Assembly (NCBI GenBank): GCA_035527715.1
Contig: DATKZY010000187.1
Location: 49,388-113,387 of the forward strand
From: Planctomycetota bacterium
GTDB lineage: Bacteria > Planctomycetota > PUPC01 > DSUN01
Direction: 5' to 3'
DNA length: 64,000 nucleotides
The stretch's first letter is position 1, and each line of letters begins with the position of its first letter. Positions 17,975-27,221 of the stretch are shown piece by piece. The notes beneath the pieces are model-generated. The model was not told the DNA's origin. It saw only the letters and a list, made by a program, of their open reading frames with translations, and did no database searches. A program made the position numbers and the translations under genes.

Positions 17975-18023
17975 AAATGCGGATTGCGGAATCCGGATTG
18001 CGGAATGCCGAATGCCGAATGTG
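17975..18023. repeat. Heptanucleotide tandem array of 7 units: AATGCGG ATTGCGG AATCCGG ATTGCGG AATGCCG AATGCCG AATGTGG
   Basis: It starts 3 nt after the TGA of the epimerase gene and fills the spacer before the GT4 gene. Confidence 0.85.
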
Positions 18024-18079
18024 GCACAGCCGCCCCCGGCTGTGCTGCCACAGGCAAGGGCGCCTGTGCCACACGCGCG

Positions 18080-19174
18080 GTGCTGCAATTCGTAGACGCG
18101 CTGCTCCGCGGCGGGGCCGAGCGGCTGCTCGTGGAGTTGGCTGTGCGCCTCGACCGCGCCCGCTTCGCCCCCGCCGTTGCGTGCTTCCGTCAGGAGGCGT
18201 TCGGCGCCGAGCTGGCCGCCGCGGGGCGCACGGTGCACGTCGTCCCAAAGCGGCGCGCGTTCGACGTCGGGTTGCTCTTCCGCCTCACGCGCCTGTTGCG
18301 CCGCGAGAAGATCGCCGCCGTGCACGCGCACGACCTCCAGTCGGCCACCTACGGCCTGCTGGCGGGGGTCGTGGCGAGGGTGCCCGTGGTGCTGACGGTG
18401 CACGGCCTGGGCATCTTCCGCCAGAAGCGCGCGGCCTGGCTTCTCCCGCGCCTGGGGCGATGGCTCGCCCGCGTGGTCTTCGTGGGCCACTGGCTCCAGC
18501 GCGCCGCGGCCGACGAGTTCGGCGTCCGTCCTCGCCGCCCGATGGTCGTGCACAATGGGGTGGACCTCTCCGCGTTCCAGCCCGGCCCGCCCGAGCCGGA
18601 GCTGCGGGCCGACATGCGGGTGGGGGAGGGGACACTGGTTGTCGGCACCGTGGGCAACCTGAGGGCGGTGAAGGACTATCCGTGCCTGCTTCGCGCCTTC
18701 GCCGTGGCCCGCGCGCGCGCGGCGAATGCGGTGCTGGTGTTCGTGGGCGAGGGGGCGGAGCGCCCGGCCCTCGAGGCCCTGGCGCGCGAGCTCGGCATCG
18801 AGCGCGCCGTGCGCTTCGCCGGGGCGAGGAGCGACGTGGCGCGCCTGCTGCGCCTCTTCGACATCTTCGCCCTCTCGTCGCAGACCGAGGGCATCTCGGT
18901 GGCGCTCCTCGAGGCCATGGCCACGGGCCTCCCCGCCGTCGTGACCCACACGGGCGGCAACCCCGAGGTCGCCATCGAGGGGCGGACGGCGCACCTCGTG
19001 CCCGTCGGCGACCCGGCGCAGATGGGCGAGGCGCTCGCCAGGCTCCTCGCCGACCCCGCTCGTCGCCGCGCCTGGGGGCAGGCCGCCCGCACGCGCGTCG
19101 AGGAGGAGTTCTCGCTCGACAGGATGGTGCGAGCCTATGAGGCCGTCTACGAGGAACTCACGCGGCGGCGCTGA
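18080..19174 (+). CDS. GT4-family glycosyltransferase
   Basis: From GTG 18080 the translation reads VLQFVDALLRGGAERLLVELA, a typical GT4 N-terminus. The C-terminal part has FVGEGAER...ALSSQTEGISVALLEAMATGLPAVVT. The track ORF starts at 17969 inside the repeat array, and an in-frame ATG at 18008 is also possible. Confidence 0.75.
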   Translation: MLQFVDALLRGGAERLLVELAVRLDRARFAPAVACFRQEAFGAELAAAGRTVHVVPKRRAFDVGLLFRLTRLLRREKIAAVHAHDLQSATYGLLAGVVARVPVVLTVHGLGIFRQKRAAWLLPRLGRWLARVVFVGHWLQRAAADEFGVRPRRPMVVHNGVDLSAFQPGPPEPELRADMRVGEGTLVVGTVGNLRAVKDYPCLLRAFAVARARAANAVLVFVGEGAERPALEALARELGIERAVRFAGARSDVARLLRLFDIFALSSQTEGISVALLEAMATGLPAVVTHTGGNPEVAIEGRTAHLVPVGDPAQMGEALARLLADPARRRAWGQAARTRVEEEFSLDRMVRAYEAVYEELTRRR

Positions 19175-19976
19175 CGAGGTCGCCGTCCTCACCTACCACG
19201 CTCTCGCGGCGCAGGCGGGCGAGCTGGAGCGTCGCCCGGCCGGCACGCGGCTCTACGTCTTCACCCTCGACGAGTTCCGCCGCCATCTCGACCACCTCGC
19301 CGCCGAGGGGTTCACAACAATCTTGATGGCCGACTTCGTGCAGTGGCACCAGGGTGAGGCGAAGGAACTGCCCGAGCGGCCGATCGTCGTGTCGTTCGAC
19401 GACGGCCACCGCAGCCAGGCCGAGCTCGCCCTGCCCGAGTTGCGGCAGCGCGGCCTGAAGGCCATCTTCTTCATCACCGCCGGCCGCGTCGGCGCCGGCG
19501 ACTGGGTCACGTGGGACCACGTGCGCGCGATGCGGGCCGCCGGCATGGAGGTCGGCTCCCACACCCTCACGCACCCGAGCCCTTCGACCCTGGCGCCCGA
19601 CGCGCTGCGCCGCGAGCTGGCCGAGTCGAAGCGCGTGCTCGAGTCGGGGCTGGGCGGGGCCGTGGACTTCGTGGCGTCGCCGACGGGCTACGACAGCCGC
19701 CACTTTGGCCGCCTCGCCCGCGAGGTCGGCTACAAGGCCGCTCTTCAGGGCGTGATCGGCCGCAACCGCCGCTCGACCGGCCTCTTCGCGCTGCGCCGCC
19801 TCGTGCTCAAGCGCTCCTACGGCTTCGAGCTGTTCTGCCGACTGGTGGACCCCGTGCGGCGCGCCTATCGGCCTCTTCGGATGCGGCAGGCGCTCCGCAA
19901 TGCGGCGCGCCGCGCGATCGGCGCGTCCGCCTACGAGGCCATCCGCAGCCTTGTCCTCAAGCGCCGGGGGGACTAG
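19137..19976 (+). CDS. Polysaccharide deacetylase (NodB/CE4) family protein
   Basis: IVVSFDDGHRS (catalytic Asp-Asp motif), HTLTHPS and a His-containing motif are present. The ATG at 19137 overlaps the previous gene by 38 nt, so the start is uncertain. Confidence 0.75.
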   Translation: MRPSTRNSRGGADEVAVLTYHALAAQAGELERRPAGTRLYVFTLDEFRRHLDHLAAEGFTTILMADFVQWHQGEAKELPERPIVVSFDDGHRSQAELALPELRQRGLKAIFFITAGRVGAGDWVTWDHVRAMRAAGMEVGSHTLTHPSPSTLAPDALRRELAESKRVLESGLGGAVDFVASPTGYDSRHFGRLAREVGYKAALQGVIGRNRRSTGLFALRRLVLKRSYGFELFCRLVDPVRRAYRPLRMRQALRNAARRAIGASAYEAIRSLVLKRRGD

Positions 19977-19979
19977 TCC

Positions 19980-21134
19980 GTGGCCATCGCGTTCTGGGTG
20001 CTTGTTGGCCTGGTCGGCTTCGCCTATGCGGGCTATCCGCTGCTGCTGGCGCTGCTGGTGCCGCTCTTCCGCCGGCCGCCCAGAAGCGCCGACGTGACGC
20101 CGAGCGTCACGCTGTTGGTGCCCGCCTACAACGAGGAGCGCTCCCTGGCCGCGAAGCTCGAGACCTGTCTCGCGCTCGACTACCCGCGCGAGAGGCTCCA
20201 GATCCTCGTGCTCAGCGACGGCTCGACCGATGGCACGGCCGGCGTCGCCGCCCGGTACGCCCGGCACGGCATCGGCCTCATGGCCTTCCAGGAGAACCGG
20301 GGGAAGCTGGCCGTGCTGCGCGACGGCCTGGCCGCGGCGACGGGCGAGATCGTGGCCTTCTCCGACGCCGCGTCGCGCCTGCGGCCCGACAGCCTGCGGC
20401 GGCTCGTTCGCGCGTTCGCTGACCCCGCGGTCGGTTGCGTGAGCGGCGTCTACCAGGTGCTGCGCTCCGAGGCTACGCGGCTCGGCGGCGAGGAGGGCTT
20501 CTACTGGAGGTACGAGACGTTTGTGAAGCGTTGCGAGAGCGACCTGGGGAGCATCCTGGGCGCCCACGGCTCGCTCTACGCCATCCGTCGCTCGTTGTGC
20601 CCCGACCTCGGCCGCATCCGCGTCAACGACGACTACGAGATCCCCGTCCACATTGTCGCGGGCGGCCACCGCGCCGTCTACGCCCCCGACGCGGTGGCGT
20701 GCGAGGAGGCGGCGGAGATGGGCGGCTTCGACCGCCGCGTGCGCATCGCCATCGGCAACTTCCGCCAAGTACGCCTCCTGGGCCTGCTGCTGTGGCCGCC
20801 GAGGCCGTGGCTCGTCTTCGGGTTCGTGGCCCACAAGCTCCTGCGGCTTCTGGGGCCGCTATGCCTTCTCGCGGCGCTCGCGCTCAATGTGTTCCTGCCG
20901 GGCCCCGTCTATCGCGTCACGTTGGCCGCGCAGGGGGCCTTCTACGTGGCGGCCGCGGCGGGGGGACTGGCCGGGCGGCGGCTGGCGCGGGCGCGGCTGT
21001 TGAAGCTGCCCTTCTACTTTTGTATGATCAATGCCGCCTACCTGGTTGGCCTGGTGCGTCTCCTGACACGGTCGGGGCGCGTGCGCTGGAACGCCCCGCG
21101 CGGCGGCAATTCCCCCGGCAGGGAAGGGGTCTGA
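19980..21134 (+). CDS. Membrane GT2-family glycosyltransferase (NodC/IcaA/cellulose-synthase-like processive type)
   Basis: It has an N-terminal TM, then TLLVPAYNEE, VLSDGSTDGT and FSDAASR, and a C-terminal TM bundle. It starts at GTG. Confidence 0.8.
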   Translation: MAIAFWVLVGLVGFAYAGYPLLLALLVPLFRRPPRSADVTPSVTLLVPAYNEERSLAAKLETCLALDYPRERLQILVLSDGSTDGTAGVAARYARHGIGLMAFQENRGKLAVLRDGLAAATGEIVAFSDAASRLRPDSLRRLVRAFADPAVGCVSGVYQVLRSEATRLGGEEGFYWRYETFVKRCESDLGSILGAHGSLYAIRRSLCPDLGRIRVNDDYEIPVHIVAGGHRAVYAPDAVACEEAAEMGGFDRRVRIAIGNFRQVRLLGLLLWPPRPWLVFGFVAHKLLRLLGPLCLLAALALNVFLPGPVYRVTLAAQGAFYVAAAAGGLAGRRLARARLLKLPFYFCMINAAYLVGLVRLLTRSGRVRWNAPRGGNSPGREGV

Positions 21135-21136
21135 CG

Positions 21137-21853
21137 TTGGGCTCTGTGGGGCAGAAAGTTCGCTCGCACTTTCACGCCACGGCGCGCGAGTTCGACGCGA
21201 TCTACAGCGGCGAGAAGGGCGCCGCGGCGCGCTGGCTCGACCGCCTGCTGCGCTGGGACATGTACGAGCGCTTCCGCCGCACCGTGGGCGAGTGCTCCGA
21301 GCCCGGGCTGCGCGTGCTCGACGTCGGCTGCGGCTCCGGCCGCTTCAGCGTCGCCGTGGCCAGGGCGGGGGCGAGCGAGGTGCTGGGCCTCGACTTCGCC
21401 GAGAACATGCTCGAGATCGCTCGGCAGCTCGCGCAAAGGGAGGGGGTGGGCGAGCGCTGCCGCTTCCTCGCCGGCGACTTCATGGAACGCACGTTCGACC
21501 AGCCGTTCGACGTCACGCTGGCGATCGGGCTGTTCGACTACGTGGCGGACTGCCGCCCCTTCCTGCGGAAGATGCGCCGGGTGAGCCGCAGGAAGGTGGT
21601 CGCCACGTTCCCGCGGCGCTGGACGTGGCGGGCACCCGTCCGCAAGCTGCGCCTGGCCCTGTGCGGCTGCCCCGTCTTCTTCTTCACCCGCTCTGAGGTC
21701 GAGCGGCTTATGGCCGACGCGGGGTTTGCCCGCTTTGCCATCCAGCGCATCGGTAAGATCTACTTCGTGGTCGGCCACTGCGAGGGGTCACATCTTCATT
21801 TGGCACCTGGCCGCCCGGTGCGAAATGAAGATGTGACCCCGGGGGCAAGCTGA
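21137..21853 (+). CDS. Class I SAM-dependent methyltransferase. Its C-terminal 20 codons are supplied by a palindromic element.
   Basis: VLDVGCGSGRFSVAVA is motif I. The start is TTG 21137 or GTG 21146, after GGGAAGGGG. The last ~20 codons (GSHLHLAPGRPVRNEDVTPG) are encoded by palindromic element copy A1. Confidence 0.65.
   Translation: MGSVGQKVRSHFHATAREFDAIYSGEKGAAARWLDRLLRWDMYERFRRTVGECSEPGLRVLDVGCGSGRFSVAVARAGASEVLGLDFAENMLEIARQLAQREGVGERCRFLAGDFMERTFDQPFDVTLAIGLFDYVADCRPFLRKMRRVSRRKVVATFPRRWTWRAPVRKLRLALCGCPVFFFTRSEVERLMADAGFARFAIQRIGKIYFVVGHCEGSHLHLAPGRPVRNEDVTPGAS
21784..21840. mobile_element. Palindromic element family A, copy A1, about 57 bp: GGGGTCACATCTTCATTTGGCAC-11 nt-GTGCGAAATGAAGATGTGACCCC
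   Basis: The 23-nt arms are complementary at 22 of 23 positions. The element is in-frame at the 3' end of the methyltransferase CDS. Confidence 0.8.
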
Positions 21854-23289
21854 TGCGCGTGTGCGTCGTGGTCAACGGCTTGGGCGAGGAGCGGGCGGCG
21901 CTGGCTTCCTACGTGCTGCGAACGCTGCTCGGAACCATGGGCCTGTCCCTTTCTCCGCGCCGAGCGGACGGCCTTCTTGTGAGCTATGGGTGCCCCATCC
22001 CTGCCGATGGCGCAGGGGTCGAGATCGCGTGCGGCGACCCTCCGACGCCTGAGGAGGCAATTCAGGTGCACCGCCGCGTGACGAGCGAGGGGCCATCCCT
22101 CCTCGTGGCGGAGGGGCCGCGGGTGCGCGTGACGGCGGACCTCGTGGGCGCGGCGGGCCTCTGGCTCGCCGGCGGCGAGGAGCGAGCGGAGGGCTTCGAC
22201 GCATTCGGCCGCGCGTGCGGCGCCGCGAGCCCCCGCGCCGCTGCCGGCCTGCTTCGCACCCCCATGGTCCACGACCTGATGAGCCTGTTGTGCGCGGCGC
22301 TCTCCCGAGCGGCTGAGGCGGCCGGGCTTTCGCTCTCGCGTGTTCCCGCGTGGCCCGAGGGCCGCAAGTTCGCCGTCCTCCTGAGCCACGACGTGGACCT
22401 CTGGCGCAAGCGAACCGCTCGGCAGCTTGCCAAGGAGACGGTGAAGAGCCTCGCGCGCCCCTGGCGACTGCCCGGTGTCGCACGGGCCTTCTGCTGCGGG
22501 CCGGACCCGTGGAGCGATCTCGACGCCATCGCCGACCTCGAGGGACGCTACGGCATGCACTCGACCTTCTTCGCGCTGCCTGGCCGCCCGAACCGGGTAG
22601 TGGATGGCGTGGGGGTGGTGAACTCCTATGGCGCGAGGGCTGGCGCCGTCGGGGAGGCGTTGCGCCGCCTCGTCGCCCGCGGCTGGGAGGTGGGCCTCCA
22701 CGGCAGCTTCGACTCGTATCGGTCGACCGAGGCCCTCGCCGGCGAGCGGCGCGACGTGGCGGCGCTCCTGGGGGTCACATCTTCATTTGCCACTTCTCGG
22801 CAAGTGCGAAATGAAGATGTGACCCTCGTCACGGGCTGCCGCCAGCACTTCCTGCGCTTCGAGCGACCCGTCACATGGCGTGCCCAGGCCGAGGCCGGCC
22901 TGCGCTACGACGCGACCCTCGGCTACCACGACACCGACGGCTACCGCGCCGGCTTCTCGTTCCCCTTCCGGCCCTTCGCGGGCGAGGAACTGCTGCTCCT
23001 GGAGCTCCCGCTCGCCGTGATGGACGGGGCGCTCCTCGAGCGACAGGGGCTCGACGCCGAGGCCGCCTGGGGCCTCGTTGAGGGGTATCTCAAGCGCACG
23101 GAGGCGGACGGCGCGATGCTGGGCCTCCTGTGGCACAACAACTACTTCTGCGACCTGGACGCGCCCGGCTACCGAGGCGTCTACGAGCGAGCGCTCGGCT
23201 GGACCCGCGACCACGGCGGCTGGGGCGCCTCGGCGCGCGAGATTGCCGAGTGGTGGGAGCGCCGCGCCGCGCTCCTCCAGGAGGGCTGA
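21853..23289 (+). CDS. Polysaccharide deacetylase (NodB/CE4-like) family protein with an N-terminal extension
   Basis: 478 aa. FAVLLSHDVDLW, LHGSFDSYRS and GCRQHFLRFERP are deacetylase-like motifs. Element copy A2 is inserted in-frame, encoding GVTSSFATSRQVRNEDVTLV. Confidence 0.75.
   Translation: MRVCVVVNGLGEERAALASYVLRTLLGTMGLSLSPRRADGLLVSYGCPIPADGAGVEIACGDPPTPEEAIQVHRRVTSEGPSLLVAEGPRVRVTADLVGAAGLWLAGGEERAEGFDAFGRACGAASPRAAAGLLRTPMVHDLMSLLCAALSRAAEAAGLSLSRVPAWPEGRKFAVLLSHDVDLWRKRTARQLAKETVKSLARPWRLPGVARAFCCGPDPWSDLDAIADLEGRYGMHSTFFALPGRPNRVVDGVGVVNSYGARAGAVGEALRRLVARGWEVGLHGSFDSYRSTEALAGERRDVAALLGVTSSFATSRQVRNEDVTLVTGCRQHFLRFERPVTWRAQAEAGLRYDATLGYHDTDGYRAGFSFPFRPFAGEELLLLELPLAVMDGALLERQGLDAEAAWGLVEGYLKRTEADGAMLGLLWHNNYFCDLDAPGYRGVYERALGWTRDHGGWGASAREIAEWWERRAALLQEG
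22771..22825. mobile_element. Palindromic element family A, copy A2
   Basis: GGGGTCACATCTTCATTTGCCAC-10 nt-GTGCGAAATGAAGATGTGACCC, in-frame inside a deacetylase gene. Confidence 0.8.
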
Positions 23290-23292
23290 GGC

Positions 23293-23904
23293 GTGGCGGC
23301 GTTGCTGAGGGCGGCCAGGCGGGTTGGCGGCATCATCCGGGTCCGGCGCCAGCAGCTCTTCGAGCTGACCGACCCGGCGGACATCCTTGCGGTGCAGCCG
23401 AAGCTGGACATCGCTATGGTGTTCGTGACCGAGGAGAATGTGGACCGCGTGACGGACTTCCGCGACGAGACCGTTGCCGCCGCGTTCCGCGGGTTCCTGC
23501 GCGAGGGGCAGCTCGGCGTCTACGCGGTCGCGGGCGGCCGCGTGGTCGGCCACGCCTGGGCGCTCGTGTGCGCCCGGGAGCGGTGCCGCGCCAACGGCTA
23601 CCTCGCGCTCCGCCAGGGCGAGGCCTGCATCCACTTCTGCCAGGTGCGGGAAGAGCGTCGCGGGCGGAACGTGTACCCCGCCATGCTCGTGGCCCTGTGC
23701 GGGCGGCTGTTCCAGGAGGCGAAGGTGCGCAGGGTCATCATTGACGCGGCGCTGGACAACACGGCCTCGCTCCGCGGCATCCGCAAGGTCGGCTTCCGGC
23801 CCACGGAGCGGCGGCTCTATGTCCAGCTCGCGGGCCGGCTGCTCCTCGGGAGACGGCTGACGGACGCCATCGGCGCGGCGCAACACGGCGGCTCAGGGGG
23901 CTAG
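23293..23904 (+). CDS. GNAT-family N-acetyltransferase
   Basis: 203 aa. The acetyl-CoA-binding-like segment is QVREERRGRNVYPAMLVAL. It starts at GTG after GGAGGGC. Confidence 0.65.
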   Translation: MAALLRAARRVGGIIRVRRQQLFELTDPADILAVQPKLDIAMVFVTEENVDRVTDFRDETVAAAFRGFLREGQLGVYAVAGGRVVGHAWALVCARERCRANGYLALRQGEACIHFCQVREERRGRNVYPAMLVALCGRLFQEAKVRRVIIDAALDNTASLRGIRKVGFRPTERRLYVQLAGRLLLGRRLTDAIGAAQHGGSGG

Positions 23905-23909
23905 ACGCT

Positions 23910-24929
23910 ATGGACAGCGACCCGGGCTCGAACATTGCGGTGCTGCGGCCCACGGATGCGCTCGACGAGTGGGACCGGTTCGTAGACGAGTCGCCCCAGG
24001 GCTGCCTTTTCTGCCGCTCCTGGTGGCTCCAGGCGGTCTCCCCCGGCCAGTTTGAGGTTCTCGTGCTGCGTAAGGGTGGGCGAATCGTGGCCGGGATGCC
24101 ACTCGTCCGCTACCGCAGGTGGGGCTTCCAGGCCATCCACATGCCGCAGCTCACCCAGACGCTCGGCCCGCTCCTTGGGCCGCCGACCAGCGAGAACTAT
24201 GAGAAGCAGCTCTCGAACGAGATGGAGCTTCTGGCCGACCTCGTCGCGGCGATCCCACGGGTTGCCCACACGAGCTTCTTCTGCCACTACAGCTTCACGA
24301 ACTGGCTGCCCTTCTACTGGGCCGGCTACCAGCAGACCACCCGCTACACCTACGTCATCGAGGACCTGAGCGACCCCGAGGCCGCGTTCGCCCGCTTCGC
24401 GCACTCGAAACGCAAGAACGTCAAGAAGGCCGAGCGCCTCGTCGAGGTGCGCGAGGACATGCCGCCCCGCGAGTTCTACGACCACCACGCGGCGAGCCTC
24501 CGGAAGCAGGGCGACGCGATCTTCTACACGTACGAGCTCTTCGAGCGCATCCACCGCGCCACAGCCGAGCGCGGCGCGGGCAAGACGTGGCTCGCCGTGG
24601 ACGCCGAGGGTCACGTGCACTCCGCGATCTTCGTCGTCTTCGACGCCAGGTCGGCCTACTACCTGATCAGCACGATTGACCCCGACCACCGCAGCAGCGA
24701 CTCGGCGACGCTGCTGGTCCAGCGCGCCATCGGCTACGTCGCCAGCCGCACGAGGCGGTTCGACTTCGAGGGCTCGATGATCCAGAGCGTCGAGGGCTCC
24801 TTCCGCAAGTTCGGCGCCGTCCAGAAGCCCTACTTCCACATCCACAGGAACGACCTGCCGCTCGTCGTGAGGCTGGCGCTCGCGGCGCGCACCGAGGTGG
24901 CCAGGAGCTTTCGCAAGCTGGGGCGTTGA
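23910..24929 (+). CDS. FemAB-like GNAT (Acetyltransf_6), paralog of the 3238..4446 gene
   Basis: 339 aa. The region FARFAHSKRKNVKKAERLVEVRED...DFEGSMIQSVEGSFRKFGAVQKPYF is typical of FemAB-related proteins of exosortase EPS loci. Confidence 0.75.
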   Translation: MDSDPGSNIAVLRPTDALDEWDRFVDESPQGCLFCRSWWLQAVSPGQFEVLVLRKGGRIVAGMPLVRYRRWGFQAIHMPQLTQTLGPLLGPPTSENYEKQLSNEMELLADLVAAIPRVAHTSFFCHYSFTNWLPFYWAGYQQTTRYTYVIEDLSDPEAAFARFAHSKRKNVKKAERLVEVREDMPPREFYDHHAASLRKQGDAIFYTYELFERIHRATAERGAGKTWLAVDAEGHVHSAIFVVFDARSAYYLISTIDPDHRSSDSATLLVQRAIGYVASRTRRFDFEGSMIQSVEGSFRKFGAVQKPYFHIHRNDLPLVVRLALAARTEVARSFRKLGR

Positions 24930-26128
24930 TGCCTACTCCGCGATCCGCAACCCGCGACCCGCAGTCCCGGTCAGGCCCTCTCCGTGTCCTCGTCCTCGCC
25001 GGTATCTTCCCCTACGAGGGGAACGAGACGTTCGGCCTGTCCACCTGTCGCCGCACCATCGAGCTGGCGCGGCTGTGCGACGTCAAGGTGCTGGCGCCGA
25101 CGTGGCGGCGGGGCCTCCCGGCCAGGGAGGCGTTGGCCGGCGTGGACGTGCTCCGCCCGCGGTGGCGCCGCGTGCCGAAGCTGGGCGTGCTTGTGGACGG
25201 CTTTCGCTACGCGGCGCGCGCGGCCAGGGCGATTGACGCCATCCGGCCCCCCTTCGACTTCGACCTGATAGATGCCCACTGGCTCTACCCCGACGCCTTC
25301 GCCGCCGTGCGCCTCGGGCGGCGGTTCGGCAGGCCGGTCGTGGTCACAGGCCGCGGCAGCGATGTGGACGAGTTTCTCGTCCGCTGGCCCGTGCGATACT
25401 TCGCCCGTGCGGCGCTTCGCGGGGCGGCCCAGATCGTTGCCCTCACGCGCCACCACGAGCAGAAGATGATCGAGGCCGGCGCCCCGGCCGGGCGAATCGC
25501 CGTGATCGCCAACGGCGTGGACACGGCGCTCTTCCGCCCGGGCGACCGCGGGGAGGCGCGGCGGGCGTTGGGCCTGCCGCCCGACGGTTTCGTGCTGTTC
25601 TCCGCCGGCGCACTCGTCGAGGACAAGGGCCACCACCACCTCATCCGGGGGCTTTCGCTCCTCGGCAGCGAGGCCCAGGCGAGCCTCTACATCGCTGGGC
25701 CAGGCTCGTACCGGGAGACGCTCCTGCGGCTCATCGAGTCGCTGAGCCTTCGGGACAGGGTCGCCCTCCTCGGGCGCGTCGAGCAGCGGCAGATGCCGCT
25801 CTGGTATCAGGCGGCGGACTTCTTCTGCTTCGGGAGCTATCACGAGGGCTGCCCAAACGTGGTTCTGGAGGCTGTCGCGTGCGGCACCCCGGTTGTCTCG
25901 ACCAACGTCGGTGGCATCCCCGACCTCGTCGAGGAGGGGCGCTCGGGCATTCTCTTCAAGCCGCGCTCCGACGAGGCATTCGCCTCCGCCCTTCGCACGG
26001 CGCTGGAGCGGCCCTGGGACCGGGCCGCGATTGCCGCCCTGGGCGCCCGACGCTCCTGGGCACACGTCGCCGCCGAATACCTGGCCCTCTTCGAGCGGCT
26101 CTTGGCAGGCAAGCATGGAGCAGTCTGA
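24926..26128 (+). CDS. GT4-family glycosyltransferase
   Basis: The C-terminus has FSAGALVEDKGHHHL...CFGSYHEGCPNVVLEAVACGTPVVST. It overlaps the neighbouring genes at both ends. Confidence 0.85.
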   Translation: MMPTPRSATRDPQSRSGPLRVLVLAGIFPYEGNETFGLSTCRRTIELARLCDVKVLAPTWRRGLPAREALAGVDVLRPRWRRVPKLGVLVDGFRYAARAARAIDAIRPPFDFDLIDAHWLYPDAFAAVRLGRRFGRPVVVTGRGSDVDEFLVRWPVRYFARAALRGAAQIVALTRHHEQKMIEAGAPAGRIAVIANGVDTALFRPGDRGEARRALGLPPDGFVLFSAGALVEDKGHHHLIRGLSLLGSEAQASLYIAGPGSYRETLLRLIESLSLRDRVALLGRVEQRQMPLWYQAADFFCFGSYHEGCPNVVLEAVACGTPVVSTNVGGIPDLVEEGRSGILFKPRSDEAFASALRTALERPWDRAAIAALGARRSWAHVAAEYLALFERLLAGKHGAV

Positions 26129-27221
26129 AATCGGAAATCGAAGAACCCTGCTTCTCCTCACAGTGGATACCGAGTCGAGCATGGCCGGCGTGCGCCCGCT
26201 GCCGCCCGAGGCGATGGTGTGGGGGTCACCTCTTCATTTCGCACATGGCGGCTATGTGCCAAATGAAGATGTGACCCCTGGCGGCACCTGGGGCATCGAG
26301 CGGCTGATGGACTGCTTCGACGCCCGCGGCCTCAAGGCCACGTTCTTCGTGAGCACGCTGGAGGAACTCCACCACGGTGAGGAGCACGTGAAACGCATTT
26401 GCTCGGCCGTTCTGGACCGCGGCCACGACGCGCAGCTCCACCTCCACCCCAACTGGTGGAAGGGCGATTTCGCCCGCAAACGGCTCACCGACTACTCGCT
26501 CGAGGAGCAGACCGAGCTCGTGCGTCTCGCCAAGGAGGCATATCGCCGCGCGTGCGGCTCGGAGCCCGTAGCGCATCGCGCCGGCGGGCTGCTCGTGAAT
26601 GCCGACACGTTCCGCGCCCTGGCGGCGAATGGGATTCCGATGGATTCCTCGGTCGCCATCGGCCACATCCCCTATGAGCTTGGCGAAGGGGTGACGCCGC
26701 CCAACGTGCCCCGACGGCTCGGCTCCGTCATCGAGGTGCCCGTCACTACCTTTGCCCAGATGCGCCTCGGCCCCTGGGCGCCGCGGCGCCACTTCGACCT
26801 GAATGCCGATTCCCTCTCGGAGCTGAAGCTCGTGGTGGACCGCGCCGTGCAGCAAGGCGCGGCGGCGGCGTGCCTGCTGATGCACAGTTTCTCGCTCATT
26901 GCTCGGAACCGCGAGGGGACGGAGTTCAGGCCCGCCGAAGCCGAGTGCCGCAAACTCGAGCGATTCCTCGACTATATTGCCACGCGTGGGGATGTGGAGG
27001 TCGTGACCGTTCGCGAGGTGGCCCGCCGCATCGAGGGCGAGCCCGCGCTGCTCGCGGGGCCGGACCTCGAGGCGACCGCAGGCGTCTTCCGCACGTGGCG
27101 GCGGAGCTGCGAACGCTTCGGCGCGGGCTGGAAGAGCAAGGCATTCGCGCTGGGCCTCCCCCTCGGGCTGGCGGCCCTTGCGGCGCTGGTGATAGGAGCC
27201 ATCTGGTGGCTGACGTCCTGA
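26115..27221 (+). CDS. Polysaccharide deacetylase-like protein (divergent NodB-like LTVDTE type). Palindromic element A3 is inserted in-frame.
   Basis: It begins MEQSEIGNRRTLLLLTVDTESS and contains HLHPNWW plus a C-terminal TM. ATG 26115 overlaps the previous gene by 14 nt, and ATG 26181 is an alternative start. A heptamer array at 26124..26144 spans the junction. Confidence 0.6.
   Translation: MEQSEIGNRRTLLLLTVDTESSMAGVRPLPPEAMVWGSPLHFAHGGYVPNEDVTPGGTWGIERLMDCFDARGLKATFFVSTLEELHHGEEHVKRICSAVLDRGHDAQLHLHPNWWKGDFARKRLTDYSLEEQTELVRLAKEAYRRACGSEPVAHRAGGLLVNADTFRALAANGIPMDSSVAIGHIPYELGEGVTPPNVPRRLGSVIEVPVTTFAQMRLGPWAPRRHFDLNADSLSELKLVVDRAVQQGAAAACLLMHSFSLIARNREGTEFRPAEAECRKLERFLDYIATRGDVEVVTVREVARRIEGEPALLAGPDLEATAGVFRTWRRSCERFGAGWKSKAFALGLPLGLAALAALVIGAIWWLTS
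26124..26144. repeat. Heptanucleotide array TCTGAAA TCGGAAA TCGAAGA overlapping the TGA stop of the GT4 gene
   Basis: It is period-7 and belongs to the same family as the 28251 and 59637 arrays. Confidence 0.75.
26222..26278. mobile_element. Palindromic element family A, copy A3, in inverted orientation relative to A1/A4
   Basis: GGGGTCACCTCTTCATTTCGCAC-11 nt-GTGCCAAATGAAGATGTGACCCC. It is in-frame and encodes GSPLHFAHGGYVPNEDVTPG. Confidence 0.8.
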